Assembly (NCBI GenBank): GCA_051294905.1
Contig: CM119372.1
Span: forward strand, 12,712,001-12,772,000
From: Botryllus schlosseri
Taxonomy: Eukaryota
Length of the DNA: 60,000 bases
Reading direction: 5' to 3'
The notes under the pieces were generated by a model. The model searched no databases. It saw nothing but the letters and a program-made list of their open reading frames with translations, and was not told the origin of the DNA. Positions 23,701-34,700 of the stretch are shown here, piece by piece. The position numbers and the translations under genes were made by a program. The number at the start of each line of letters is the position of its first letter. Within the stretch, counting starts at the first letter, position 1.

Positions 23701-26700
23701 AACGGGTAGTTTGATGGCGTGGAAGGGTACGACTGTGGATGAGAGATTTTTAAATGTGTAATTCAGACTAAATACATAGCAATAACTATGAATTGGATGA
23801 AAATCGCGCGGAGCGCGAAAATTCTTTTCAGTCGAGCTCAGCTTCGCGCCCCCTTCAGATGCTTTCACGCCCCCAAGGGGACGCCCACCAGTTTGAAAAC
23901 CACTGGCTTAGAATTATCATGGTGAAATATACTAAGAAAAAGTTAATCAAGTCCCTGCATTAATTCGATTTTTAGTACGCATTTTATCAAAATTTTTAAA
24001 AGTTTCTTCAGACTCTCGCGGGCCGCACAGAGCGGCGTGGCGGGCCGCATGCGGCCCGCGGGCCGTAGTTTGCCCACCCCTGGGCTAGGCTATTATATCA
24101 TCCTGTTATTACTGCAATCAAAGACATCTTTAACAACATTCACATCACCGTAATAGGTTCTACAACAGTCGAACGCAATCCGTGGTCTACCGGTCGTCTG
24201 TCAGTCAATCGCCAAATCTCAAAGCAAAACAATCGCTGGGCAACAAAATGTCGCACCTCGCCGATAAGGCACAGTTTCTTCAAGACGCGAAGGCTGCCGT
24301 TAAAGGTGCCTGATGACACCTTATACGTTCTTCTGCGTAACGACCACGTTGACATTGTAGTTATTTTACCTTTATAGGCGCGATCGTTCTGCTACCTATT
24401 CTCGGGATACCATGGATATGTGGTTTCTTCTCACAGTACTCGCCTGTTTTCACGTACCTTTTCATTATACTCAACTCAACGCAGGGAATTTTCATCTTCA
24501 TCGTATATGGTGTGAAGAATGGAGAGGTGGGTGTTTCACAATACTACCTACAAGTGCTCATTTTTCAATATAGAGTGGATTCGGTGCCCCACAAAAGCAT
24601 TCCTATATGTGAGTGTGAAAAGTTAGGAGCAACGCATTGTCGTAGACTTCTTAACAACCTACAAATCCACCTACACTTAAAGATATCTCCATGCCAGAAT
24701 GGGATCAGAAGACGTTGCAGTAATTCCTTTTCATACCTCTTCTCTTCCAATATGACGAATGTCCTTTGTCCAATTCCAATGGAATCAACTGAACACGAAT
24801 ACAGCGTATAGCATATAATGCAGTGGCGGCTCGTCCTATAGGGCAACTGGGGCATTGCCCCACCTAAAATTCTGTTCAATAACAATTTAACCATTTATAG
24901 ACGCACAGCAATCAATATATACCGAGATCACAGCGAAACCCGCGTTCTTCTTGTGCTTTCGCTTGCAAACGCCCATACATAGCGAAGTCTCTGCGAAAAT
25001 CGAATTCTCTTCTGTGTTTTCGCTTTGTGAATGCCTAGCCGGGGCTTGCCCCGGTAGCGCTCATAACAAGCTTTCACTATCTATTCTCTCAAAGCCGCGC
25101 ACAATAAAGAAACGGTGATTTACTCTCTCCTATTCGTAAAATGGCCGAGCTACCGGGGCAAATATGCCTACTCGCCCCTAAGGTGTGATGTAACAATCGT
25201 ATCTATATCTGAACTCGGTTACCGTAATATGCGTTGAGTCGACCTTTGCTGGTATAGGTCGATTTTGACGGTGTTTCGCACCATGATAATTCTTGAAACT
25301 TGGTATGATATGTCGTGAAGGTAGTATTTAACACTGCTCCAAGTTTTAGGCTTGCTACTTAAAGATAATGGTAGTAATTCCGTTTCCGAAGTTCAGTGTG
25401 TGCTGATCTATCATGTACATAGTACAGCAAACGGATTTTACTCAAAAGCCGGTATTGGTCTCCATTGATTTTGACGATGTTCTATACCGAGATCGGTCAT
25501 GACATTTGGCTCGGTAAGTGTTAGTATCGACCGATGTAACAAGTTTTAAGTTTGTCACTGAACTATGTGGGTGGTAATTTCGTTTCCAAAGTCGAGTAAG
25601 AGCTGACTCTTCATTTATCGCCAACAAATTTACGCAAAAGCCGTTATTGGTCTCTATTGATTTTAACGATGTTCTATACCTAGATCTGTCATGAGCTTTC
25701 ACACGGTATGTCTTGATTTTAGTATCGAACGCGGTGCCAAGTCTTAAAGTTGACACTCAATGATTGAGGCAGTTATTTCGTTTTCGAGGTCGAGTATGGT
25801 AGAGATGCGCGCTGATCTGATACTTAGCCTACCTACGTCATTGTGGATCTCACGCAAAAGCCGGTGTCGGTCTGTGCTAATCTATAGTCTGCGTTCCATA
25901 ACGAGATCGGTGATGATATTTCCAATGGTATATCTCGATGATCGCATGAAACAGCTAACCAAGATTCTCGGTTTGCATTCAAGTTTTCGCATAATTTTAT
26001 GTTCGCCAATGTCCATTTCACTGTGAAATTGTGGCCTTCAAACTATTTGCTTACAATCCCCTGTCAATTGCGATAGCTATTTCATTTTCGATGTCGGCTA
26101 ACAGCTGATCATTCGATCAGCCTATTCCTCGATCTATTTTACTCAAAGTTCGGTGTTCGTCTGTTTGCATTGATTTTGACAGTGTACCATACCGGAATGG
26201 GTTATGAGATTACGTATGCTACTTCTCGATGATTTCTTGTAACAGTATACTAAGTTACGGCTTTTATTCATGTATTTATATATTAATATATTTTCCAACG
26301 GCGATTTCGCAGCAGACTTATAGACAGTGAGCCGTATGTGTTGTGTCACAGTCTCCAGTTTCAAGGCCAAAATGTCCTACGTTGTTCCGAGACCGAAGTT
26401 CCGAGGCTGCTGTCCTTAGTTCTTCAAAGACCATTCAAATTGATGTTCTGGATTCAATATGACAGGCCCAATCTATGAGATAACAATTGCGTATGTGTCC
26501 GAACTCGTTGACCTTTCCAGTTAGGCTTACGCAATCTCTCGAGTTCTAGTCATTGGAATTAGTCAGGTCAAGTCAAGTGCGAACATGAATCGTATTGAAT
26601 CTTTATTCCGTACGTAGTTTACGCAGTTGCCTTTAGAGCGAAAATGAGAGGTCTAGAAGTTGTCCAGTCTATTGATCCAATCGTACGCCGGGTGCCTCCG

Positions 26701-29700
26701 CTTTGGTTGCCTATTATCAGGGATTTCTAAAATCCCTGCCTATTATCACCTGGTCGTAACCAGAGATGGCCACAGTCCGGTTCAGGAGCAGGAGCAGGAT
26801 TTCAATGTTTTTTTACCTGGCCGGACTGGATCCGGATTTCGAATTTGGGGTGACGGTCGGATTTTAGGGTCTATCGATTTGCGTAATCTATAACTCTACC
26901 ATGAAATCAAAACGCATGCTACTAAGGATGACCTGATACTTGATTCGTGGCATAGGGACGATTCTTAGTTCACGTACATTTTGTAAAATAATCCTTTGAT
27001 TAAAAATAAATGAATAAAACATTTGTTACCACACTTCAAGTCACGGCTCACCGGCAAACCTCTCGCGGCACCTACGTTAAAATCACTGTTGTCGGGAAAT
27101 TCATGTGACCATCATAAAGTTACTTTTTTACGTTAGAAAACGCCATTGTGACGCCATGTTGATAAAAGTCGCTCGCAGCCCTTGCCCCACCACCCGATAT
27201 TGTCACGAGCCGCCACTGATATAATGCCATACGATCACTGATTAATAGAGCGGATAAACGTATACAGAGGCAGAGCACGGAACACAATTGCTATTATTGT
27301 AAAAGCGAGGCACACTCGAGTAAATAATGATTAAGTCTGACCTTGAGTGGTTACTTTAATCCTGATTAGAGTCAAATGGCAAGAATATATAAATTCAGGA
27401 ACATAAACTACTCGTCTTAAATTATAGCATGGATTTAGATTCAACTCTGACTAACCATAAAAATTACCAATTATATCCAATTTTAAATACGAGGTAATAT
27501 TTCAGTGATTTACATTCGTGAACTAGGGTGTACGTACGTGCAACTGTTCCTTGTGCAATGCACATTTCTAAAACATAATTTGTATAGTTTGTTATATAAT
27601 TATATAAATATTTTGTTCAATATGCCATACAACTATATGCACTCCAGTGGCGGCTCGTGACAATATCGGGTGGTGGGGCAAGGGCTGCAAGCGACTTTTT
27701 ATCAAGATGACGTCACAATGGCGTTTTCCAACGTAAACAAGTAACTTAATGATGGTACGGTAACATGAATTTCCCGGCAACAGTGATTTTAACGTATGTG
27801 CCACGAGAGGTCCGCTGGTGAGCTGTGACTTGAAGTGTGGTAACTGCGTAAACGGCGTACGGAACAAAGATTCAACACGGTTCATGTTCGCATTAGACCT
27901 GACTAATTATCTGCAGAAATGGAAATAACTATAACTCGAGAGATAGCGTAAGCCTAATTGGAAAGGTCAACGAATTCGGACAGATACGCAATTGTTATCT
28001 CATAGATTGGGCCTGTCCTATTGAATCCAAAACATCATTGTAAAGGACTAAGAATAGCAGCCTCGGAAATTTGGTCTCGGTACAGCATAAGAGATTTTGG
28101 CCTTGAAACTGGAGACTGTAACACGACACATACGTTTTTATTACTGTCTTATAGGTCTGCTGCGAAATCGCCTTTGAAAAATATATTACCGAATAAATAC
28201 GTGGATGAAAGCCTTAAACTTGGTACGCTGTTACATGACATTATCGAGAAGTGGCCTCATGGCCCTTTTCGGTATGGTACACTGTCAAAATTAATGCGAA
28301 CAGACCAACACCGAATTTTGCGTAAAATTTACTGAGGAATAGGCTGATCAAGTGACGAGGGGTTGTACGCAAATGGCTTGAAGGCCACAATTTCACGGTG
28401 AAATTGACATTGGAGAATATACGATCAAAGTAAATATTTGAATGCAAACTGAGAATGATATCATCATCTCACTTAACGTTACCGCAGATACACCGGCTTT
28501 TGCGTGAAATCCGCAATGTGTTGTAGGCTAAAGTGTCAGATCGGAGCACATCTTTACCATACTCGACCTTGATAACGAAATTACTGCCCTAATCATTGAG
28601 TGTCAACCTTGAGACTTGGCACAGCGTTCGATACTAAAATCAAGACATACCGTGCAAAAGCTTATGACGGATCTAGGTAAGGAGCATCGTTAAAATCAAT
28701 AGAGACCAATACCGGCTTTGCGTATAATCTGTTAGCGATAAATGACGAGTCAGCTCTCACTCGAATTAGGAAACGAAATTACCACTAACACAGTTCAGTG
28801 ACAAACTTAAAACTTGGTACAGCGTTCGATACTAACATTAAGACTTACCGTGCCAAATCTCATAACCGATCTCAGTATTGAACACCGTCAAAACCAATGG
28901 ATACCAATACCGGCTTTTGAGTAAAATCTGTTTGCGATACATGACGGATCAGCACACACTCAACTTCGGAAACGGAATTACTACCCTAAACTTTAAGTAG
29001 AAACCCTGAAACTTGGGGCAGTGTTAAATATCACCATCACGACATGACATAACAAGTTTCAAGAGTTTTCATGGTGTGAAACCCCATTAAAATCGACCTA
29101 TACCAACAAAGGTCGACTAAACGCATATGACGGTAACATAGTTCAGCTATAGATACGATTGTTACATCACACCTTGAGGGCACAGAGCTATCGTGCCCCG
29201 GTTGCTCGGTAATTTTATGAATAGGAGAGAGTAAATCACCGTTTCTTTATTATGCGCGGTTTTGAGAGAATAGACAGTGAAAGCTTGTTATGAGCGCTAC
29301 CGGGGCAAGCCCCGGCTAGGCATTCGCAAAGCGAAAACACAGAAGAGAATTTGATTTTCGCATAGACTTCGCTATATATGGGCATTTACAAGCGAAAGGA
29401 CAAGAAGTATACGATTTTCGCTGTGATTTCGGTTTATATAGATAGGTGTGCGTCTATAAATGGTAAAGAATTGTTATTGAACTGAATTTTAGGTGGGGCA
29501 ATGCCCCAGTTGCCCTATAGGACGAGCCGCCACTGATGCACTCTATCTTCTATCTATATACATATCGTTTGCTTTTATATGTTATTGTCTCTTGTGCGCC
29601 CTAGTGTATGGTAATGATATATTGTCAGGCCGTGTTATTTTTGGCATATGCCAAAACTGCCAAAAATAACTTACTTTTGGCATTTTTCGATTTTTATTTT

Positions 29701-31198
29701 TGGCATCGTCATCTAAATAGATAGTTTCAGCCTCGAATTAGTCACAAAAACGCTTTATTTGGGCTAGTTTGTCAAAAGACACCACATCATGTGCAGCATC
29801 CACGTATAATCAGTGCCAACAAACTTTAAGAAGAAGAAAAAACCTAACGATTTCATAGGGTAATAATATCAAACGAAACCACAAAATGTGCAGTATCCAT
29901 CGTAATCGGTGCCAATAAAAAAAAAGCCTAACAAAAACGCTCAACAGCTGATTGTTACAGCTGTTGAATAGACTTAAATCGTTTGCATTGTAACAGTGCT
30001 TCCAAACTCAGGTCAGCTAAGTTTCTCCTAAATTCATTTCTCGCCCAGCGAATCTCGGAAATATCGACTTCAACAGTAGCCGTTGAGGGAAAGAATGTTG
30101 CCAATCATCCACAAAAGGTTTTCAGAGCTTCAAAATCTTTGGAGGGCCGAAAGGGCTTCCATGCATCGTGAAAAGAGATCACTTCGCCAGTGCCATCGAT
30201 CTCATCGCGGAAAGAATTTTCTTCCCGATCCTTTTCGAGGAGTTTCCTGTGTTGTCTCTCAATACATTCTATTTAGTAGCCCGACTATCATTTCTCCTTC
30301 AGTCTACCGATATATTTTCGGAGGACTTTTGTCACTTCAGGTGGCTTTAATATTACCAACTCGCATGGAAGAGTCCTGAGAAGGTTAGCTTGTTTAAGAA
30401 CATTGACGCAACAAGACTGTCTGGCAAAACGAGACTATGCAGCTCAGAAATAGCCAGACCGTTTGTTGCGTCACAATATTCAACTCGATCACAATGCAAA
30501 AATCGTGGTTGATTTTGGGGGTTCCAGTTCCATGAGCAGAATATAATTTATATTTTAATAATCAGTACTGCGGAAGCTTCTCATTGATACCCGTTTTATC
30601 AAATTTAGCGCCCGACAAGCCGGCCGAAAATGGTCGTAAAATTGCCTGTGGACAAATGAAAAGTATGACGTAAACCAAATGCAGTCAGCCGTTCAATCTC
30701 GCTGTGCCCACACCATTTAGGACACCATGCTTTCACCCCTAATGGGTGGGCTGAACCCAGATTAAGAAACCTGCCTTTCACAAACGCTCTTCTCGCTAGT
30801 AACGCGGTCCTGTTAACACAACACCATGAACGAAATACACTATTTGGCAGACCGTGTTATTTTTGGCATATGCCAAAAATTACTTATTTTTTGGCATTTT
30901 CAAATTTTTATTTCTGGCAGTTTTGGCATCTGGCTCCTGAAATGCCAAAAATAACACGGCCTGTATATTGTTATATTCGGCGCTAAAATCCGGCTTGTCT
31001 TAACTAAATAACTTTCATGCTCCCAAGACTCATTGCATTATGCATGTGCAGGTTCGCAGGGCCATTCAGCGACGATTGCACACAAGAAGCTTGAAGAACT
31101 CTGTCGATGCGGGTATTCGACGGTCCAGCAGCGCAAGTGCCGCCAGGAGCTTCCTTCGTATTGGCCGAAGAAGAAGCACGGTCCTCACGACGACTTGA
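11794..31198 (+). CDS. Adhesion G-protein-coupled receptor (GAIN/GPS + secretin-like 7TM; 7TM resembles ADGRD/latrophilin type); 5' start exon not identified
   Basis: Phase-consistent exons 11794-11983, 12050-12344, 12989-13181, 14534-14697, 14862-15123, 16052-16214, 17205-17300, 18084-18318, 20007-20229, 20293-20451, 20668-20799, 20874-21054, 21669-21784, 21855-22089, 22807-22924, 24157-24305, 24378-24526, 31052-31198 (3207 nt). GPS: CEYLDPVTLTWRHEGC...TCECNHTTNFAAFV. TM motifs: HYFLLSAFFWMLIEG, YFVGWAIP, NCWLS...WSFLGP, GAIVLLPILGIPW, LNSTQGIFIF..NGEVR. Confidence 0.93.
13503..14323. mobile_element. Charlie/Buster-like hAT MITE in GPCR intron
   Basis: TIRs CAGGGGTGTCAAAC / GTTTGACACCCTTG; perfect TSD CTCTAGGT; CGGCCCGC subterminal motifs. 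Confidence 0.88.
15403..15436. mobile_element. 34-bp palindromic micro-element
   Basis: TGGCCTACTAAAAA-TG-TTTTTAGTAGGCCA perfect 14-bp inverted repeat, flanked by TCATGAC / CCATGAC. Confidence 0.55.
18870..19842. mobile_element. hAT non-autonomous element with GTGAAC/GTTCAC subterminal repeats
   Basis: TIRs TAGGGATGGTGTGAAC / GTTCACACCATCCCTA; TSD ATAGACTG / ATAGTCTG (7/8). Confidence 0.85.
22960..24082. mobile_element. Charlie/Buster-like hAT element with a nested MITE
   Basis: TIRs CAGGGGTGGGCAAACT / AGTTTGCCCACCCCTG; perfect TSD GGCTAGGC. Confidence 0.88.
23583..23905. mobile_element. Charlie/Buster-like hAT MITE (nested)
   Basis: TIRs CAGTGGTTCTCAAAC / GTTTGAAAACCACTG; TSD CCTTAGAT / GCTTAGAA; same family as 34677..34994. 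Confidence 0.8.
24821..27218. mobile_element. hAT non-autonomous element (CAGTGGCGGCTCGT TIR), copy 1
   Basis: TIRs CAGTGGCGGCTCGT / ACGAGCCGCCACTG; perfect TSD ATATAATG; internal degenerate tandem units; ~400-bp extra segment (~26630..27025) relative to copy 2. Confidence 0.9.
27645..29535. mobile_element. hAT non-autonomous element (CAGTGGCGGCTCGT TIR), copy 2, inverted relative to copy 1
   Basis: Same TIRs; perfect TSD ATGCACTC; reverse complement aligns by eye along copy 1. Confidence 0.9.
29626..30963 (-). mobile_element. Internally deleted hAT transposon carrying a transposase relic
   Basis: TIRs CAGGCCGTGTTATTTTTGGCA / TGCCAAAAATAACACGGCCTG; perfect TSD TATATTGT; internal duplicate of the left end at 30848; transposase C-terminus on - at 29955..30387. 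Confidence 0.85.
29955..30387 (-). pseudogene. hAT transposase C-terminal (dimerisation-domain) pseudogene fragment
   Basis: One frame with internal stops: LPCELVILKP...IECIERQHRKL...SFHDAWKPF..DFEALKTFCG*LATFFPSTATVEVDISEIRWARNEFRRNLADLSLEALLQCKRF, matching the hAT C-terminal P-x-T-x-x-x-E-x-x-(F)S motif. Confidence 0.75.
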
Positions 31199-31683
31199 GT
31201 GTCGATAAAACGGAAACACCGAGAATTGCGCCACGTCCGCTTGTTACTTTGCCAACGGCTGGGTCGTTCCATGTCGTTTCGTACCTCGCACACGCAAAAA
31301 TAACTGCTCTTCATAGTTACCTGACTTCTCTTAGCTACCATTTTGCATGCCTACAATCAATGCGTGTGTAACTGTGTATTCTGTACAAGCTACTGATTCT
31401 ACGCTATACAGTACTGCTCATAGTACACAAGATACGTCCACAATTTTCTACCATTGCATTGATATATTTAAAATCCGCGTACTCTGTGAATCAACCGTAT
31501 ATCTATTCACTAACGATGAGACTAAGGAATTCATGCGAGTCACGAATCCCACGCAAATAACATATACGAACATTGATACTTCAACAAATTTGCAGACAAA
31601 AGTCTATATTTTGAAACGAGATTCACGCGTCAGTATCCGATGTTATTTTCAATCCGTCTCTTGGATTCGTTTTATCCGTACTT

Positions 31684-31689
31684 TTTATT
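31684..31689 (-). terminator. Candidate polyadenylation signal (AATAAA) of the ZP gene
   Basis: TTTATT on + about 95 nt past the ZP stop codon. Confidence 0.5.
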
Positions 31690-31783
31690 GATACATTGTA
31701 TATGACTATGGATTTTCTTGTGCGTAATAAGCAAGTCGATTTGTATAATAACATAAATACTGCACTTTGATCATTAATTCTTT

Positions 31784-34700
31784 TCATGGTTGTGCATCTG
31801 ATGCGGTGACCGGAGTGGATTTTCCACGCAATCGAAGAGAGAAAGTTACAGATTGGACGTGGTGCTTTTGGCTGCCGCTACCGACTGCACGTCTTTCCCT
31901 CATTGGCTCATCACAAACCGGCTGACATTAGACAGGCGTGGAAATAAATCGATTAATCCATGGCGACCGATTAACGCACCTGAAGGCACGATTGCTCTCC
32001 GGGGTCGCACAGCTCAATGCTCCCGTGAATGTATACCGTCGTATCGTCATCGCCAACCCAATCAAACATAATAAATCTCGCGTGGACTTTGTTCGGTTCC
32101 ATGGACACGACAGTGGTGGTAAAGTCAAGCGGACATCTGAAAGTTATGTGCAGTCAGACAAAAAATCTATCAGTTGGAAAATATGAGATGATAGGCATAC
32201 CCGTTTTCGGCGATATAGTATGGCGACGCCCCCTCCGGATTTGGGACTGTAGTGGCCCATAATCCAACAATCTGTCCAAGGAAGACGCACAGTTGCAGAC
32301 ATCATTTATGTTATTTGTAATAAATTAAATAATGGTGGAAGCAAAAATGTATATAGTCTTGTACGTCGCCGGTTACATAAATTAAGGGTATTACTGGGTA
32401 TTATATAAGCGGGCGCATTACGTAAGTGCGTGTGATTAAAGTTCTCGGGCAATTACAGTTCTCGAGAAAACGTGTGAGTGTACCCTTCAGGGGTGGTGGT
32501 GAAAGAAGTCGGTATTTCTACTCAAGCTGAAATAGAAGTAATACCGTAAATTTCTACAAATAAAAGTAGCGAATTCCGGGACATTCCAAAACTATACTTC
32601 AAGTATAAGTAGAAATTGAAGCGTCTGAAATGTACTCGAGTAGGAAGTTTTGAAAAGTATGGATTTGTTTGAGGTGTGGCATACATGTAGTGGGCTGGGC
32701 AAAATCGAGTACCTGAGTGATTCGATTCTGAATCACTCGAAATGCTTCGAGTCGAGTCGAGTAATCGAGTATCACTCATTATGACGTCATAACAGAATGT
32801 AATACCCAAAGTTCAAATATGTACCGTTTATGCGACCACAAATAATACAATGCCTGTTATCCATCTCATAAAAGATACTTTGGTATTTTTCCGACCATAC
32901 CAATTTCAGAGCACTTGGTGACAATGTTGTGGGATAATCATGATTCCGGAAATGTGCTAGTAGATCCAGTGACTTTCCTAACCTTCCTAGCTTTGCACTA
33001 TATGTTTCGTATGCTACGATGCCGCCAATCAAGGTTTCAGGTCTTCAACAGTATCGAAACTATAATTCTCGTTGATAAATTAACTTTCGGTGGCGAGAAG
33101 CATATAGTTTCAGTACTCGAAAAAATCGTATTTTACTACTCGACTCGAATCATTAAAATTAATACTCGATTCAGATTCGAGTACTCGAATCATTGTGCCC
33201 AGCCCTAACATGTAGCAGTAAATCGGAAATAGATTACTTTCGAAATTACAAAATGTATCTTCGCGACAACGCCAAAGAACTTATAACTCCAATAATGGAT
33301 GCAATTTTCGGAAATATATTCTTCTACCAGACACCATAATGCAGGGGTATGTCGCTCAGTTAATATGTTAATTTCACTGACAAGAGTACTACAAACCAAT
33401 AAAAAAAAAACTTTCCACCCTACAAGGGCAAAAGTGTAAAAACCATGTTAAGCAGAAGTGGAAGCAATCCGAAAACATATCCATTTGGGCAAGTAGGGCA
33501 AGTATACAAATTTCAGTTGATTATACTGCGAAAAAGTCTACTGACCACCTCCAGCAGCCTCTGTGGTTGACAGTAGGGTTGCATTTATAACTAAAAATCA
33601 ATTCAAAACAAACATGATTAAAACAAGGCCCTAATTTAAAACATGTTTTTTATGTTTTTTAAAGGCCATGACGTAACGAAATTCAATTGTGACGCCATAG
33701 TGGATTGACGTTGACAATTGAAAATATCGGGTAAAAAGTAGCTCCTTTGACGAAATATATGAACTATTGCTGTTGAACAGACTATTTTAAGGGTTCAAAC
33801 CATCCCGTATCAATATACGTCGGCTATATTGGGTGGTAATTGTCAGTAAGCTCATACAACATGTTTTTTGTAAAGTATTTACACAATTATGGCGTAATTT
33901 TACAACTTAAGAAAAACCACAATTTTGTTTTATTTAAAAGGCCTTTTTTTTAAACAGTGTTTAAAACATCTTTTAAACAAAGTGTTTTAAAACTCCGTTT
34001 GTTTTAAATGCAACCCTAGTTGACATAGTCTCTTATATTCAGTTATAAATAAACCAGGCGTCGTGAAGTACTCATTAAAGCTGCTCAAACACTTTCCTAA
34101 GCATTCGTGTTTCAGCGTATGTATATACTACATCTTCTACTTCTACGAAAAGTATAAGTTTTATCACAAAGTCATCGTTACCGGTACTTCTACTGGAGCA
34201 CAGTCCCGTAGCATTCCTAAGGCTAATGAATACTTTCACCACGATTCGCAAATCTGCATTGCCACTAACCTCGATCGGAAATGCAGACGAAGATTGACCG
34301 ATTAAATAAAGTACATCGCCGGCACCGATTTCATCACCATCCTGGATTGGTCCATCTGAGCATTCCAAATCGAAACAGATCTCCATAGAAAGACCGGACG
34401 CTGAAACGCCGTTTTGAAGGTCGATCACGGCAACGCCACTGTCCGGGATAAACATTTCGAAGTCATAAATACGAAAATCAACTCGATACTGGCATAGATG
34501 GGCACCGAGAAGGTATGTGGAGTTAGTGATGGGTTAGGGAGCAGCGAGTGAGCAGTATCAGATTAATAGCTTTAGTCGTATTGGATCAAGTTTTGTTGCT
34601 GTGGTATTTTCGTCCAGAATTAATCTGCATATTGTGGATGTGGCATTAGCTATCAGGAAGCCATAATGCACTAAATCAGTGGTTCCCAACCTTTTTAGAC

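Noticed and set aside
24565..24800. Minus-strand LINE RT relic (…HSHIGMLLWG…)
   Set aside because: Only one short motif resembles CR1/L2 ORF2; too degenerate to call.
34075..34269. C-terminal half of the 126-aa minus ORF, or a truncated ZP pseudogene
   Set aside because: The exon ends at the donor at 34270, and the ZP-C domain continues in phase at 32271; the rest is intron and TE sequence.
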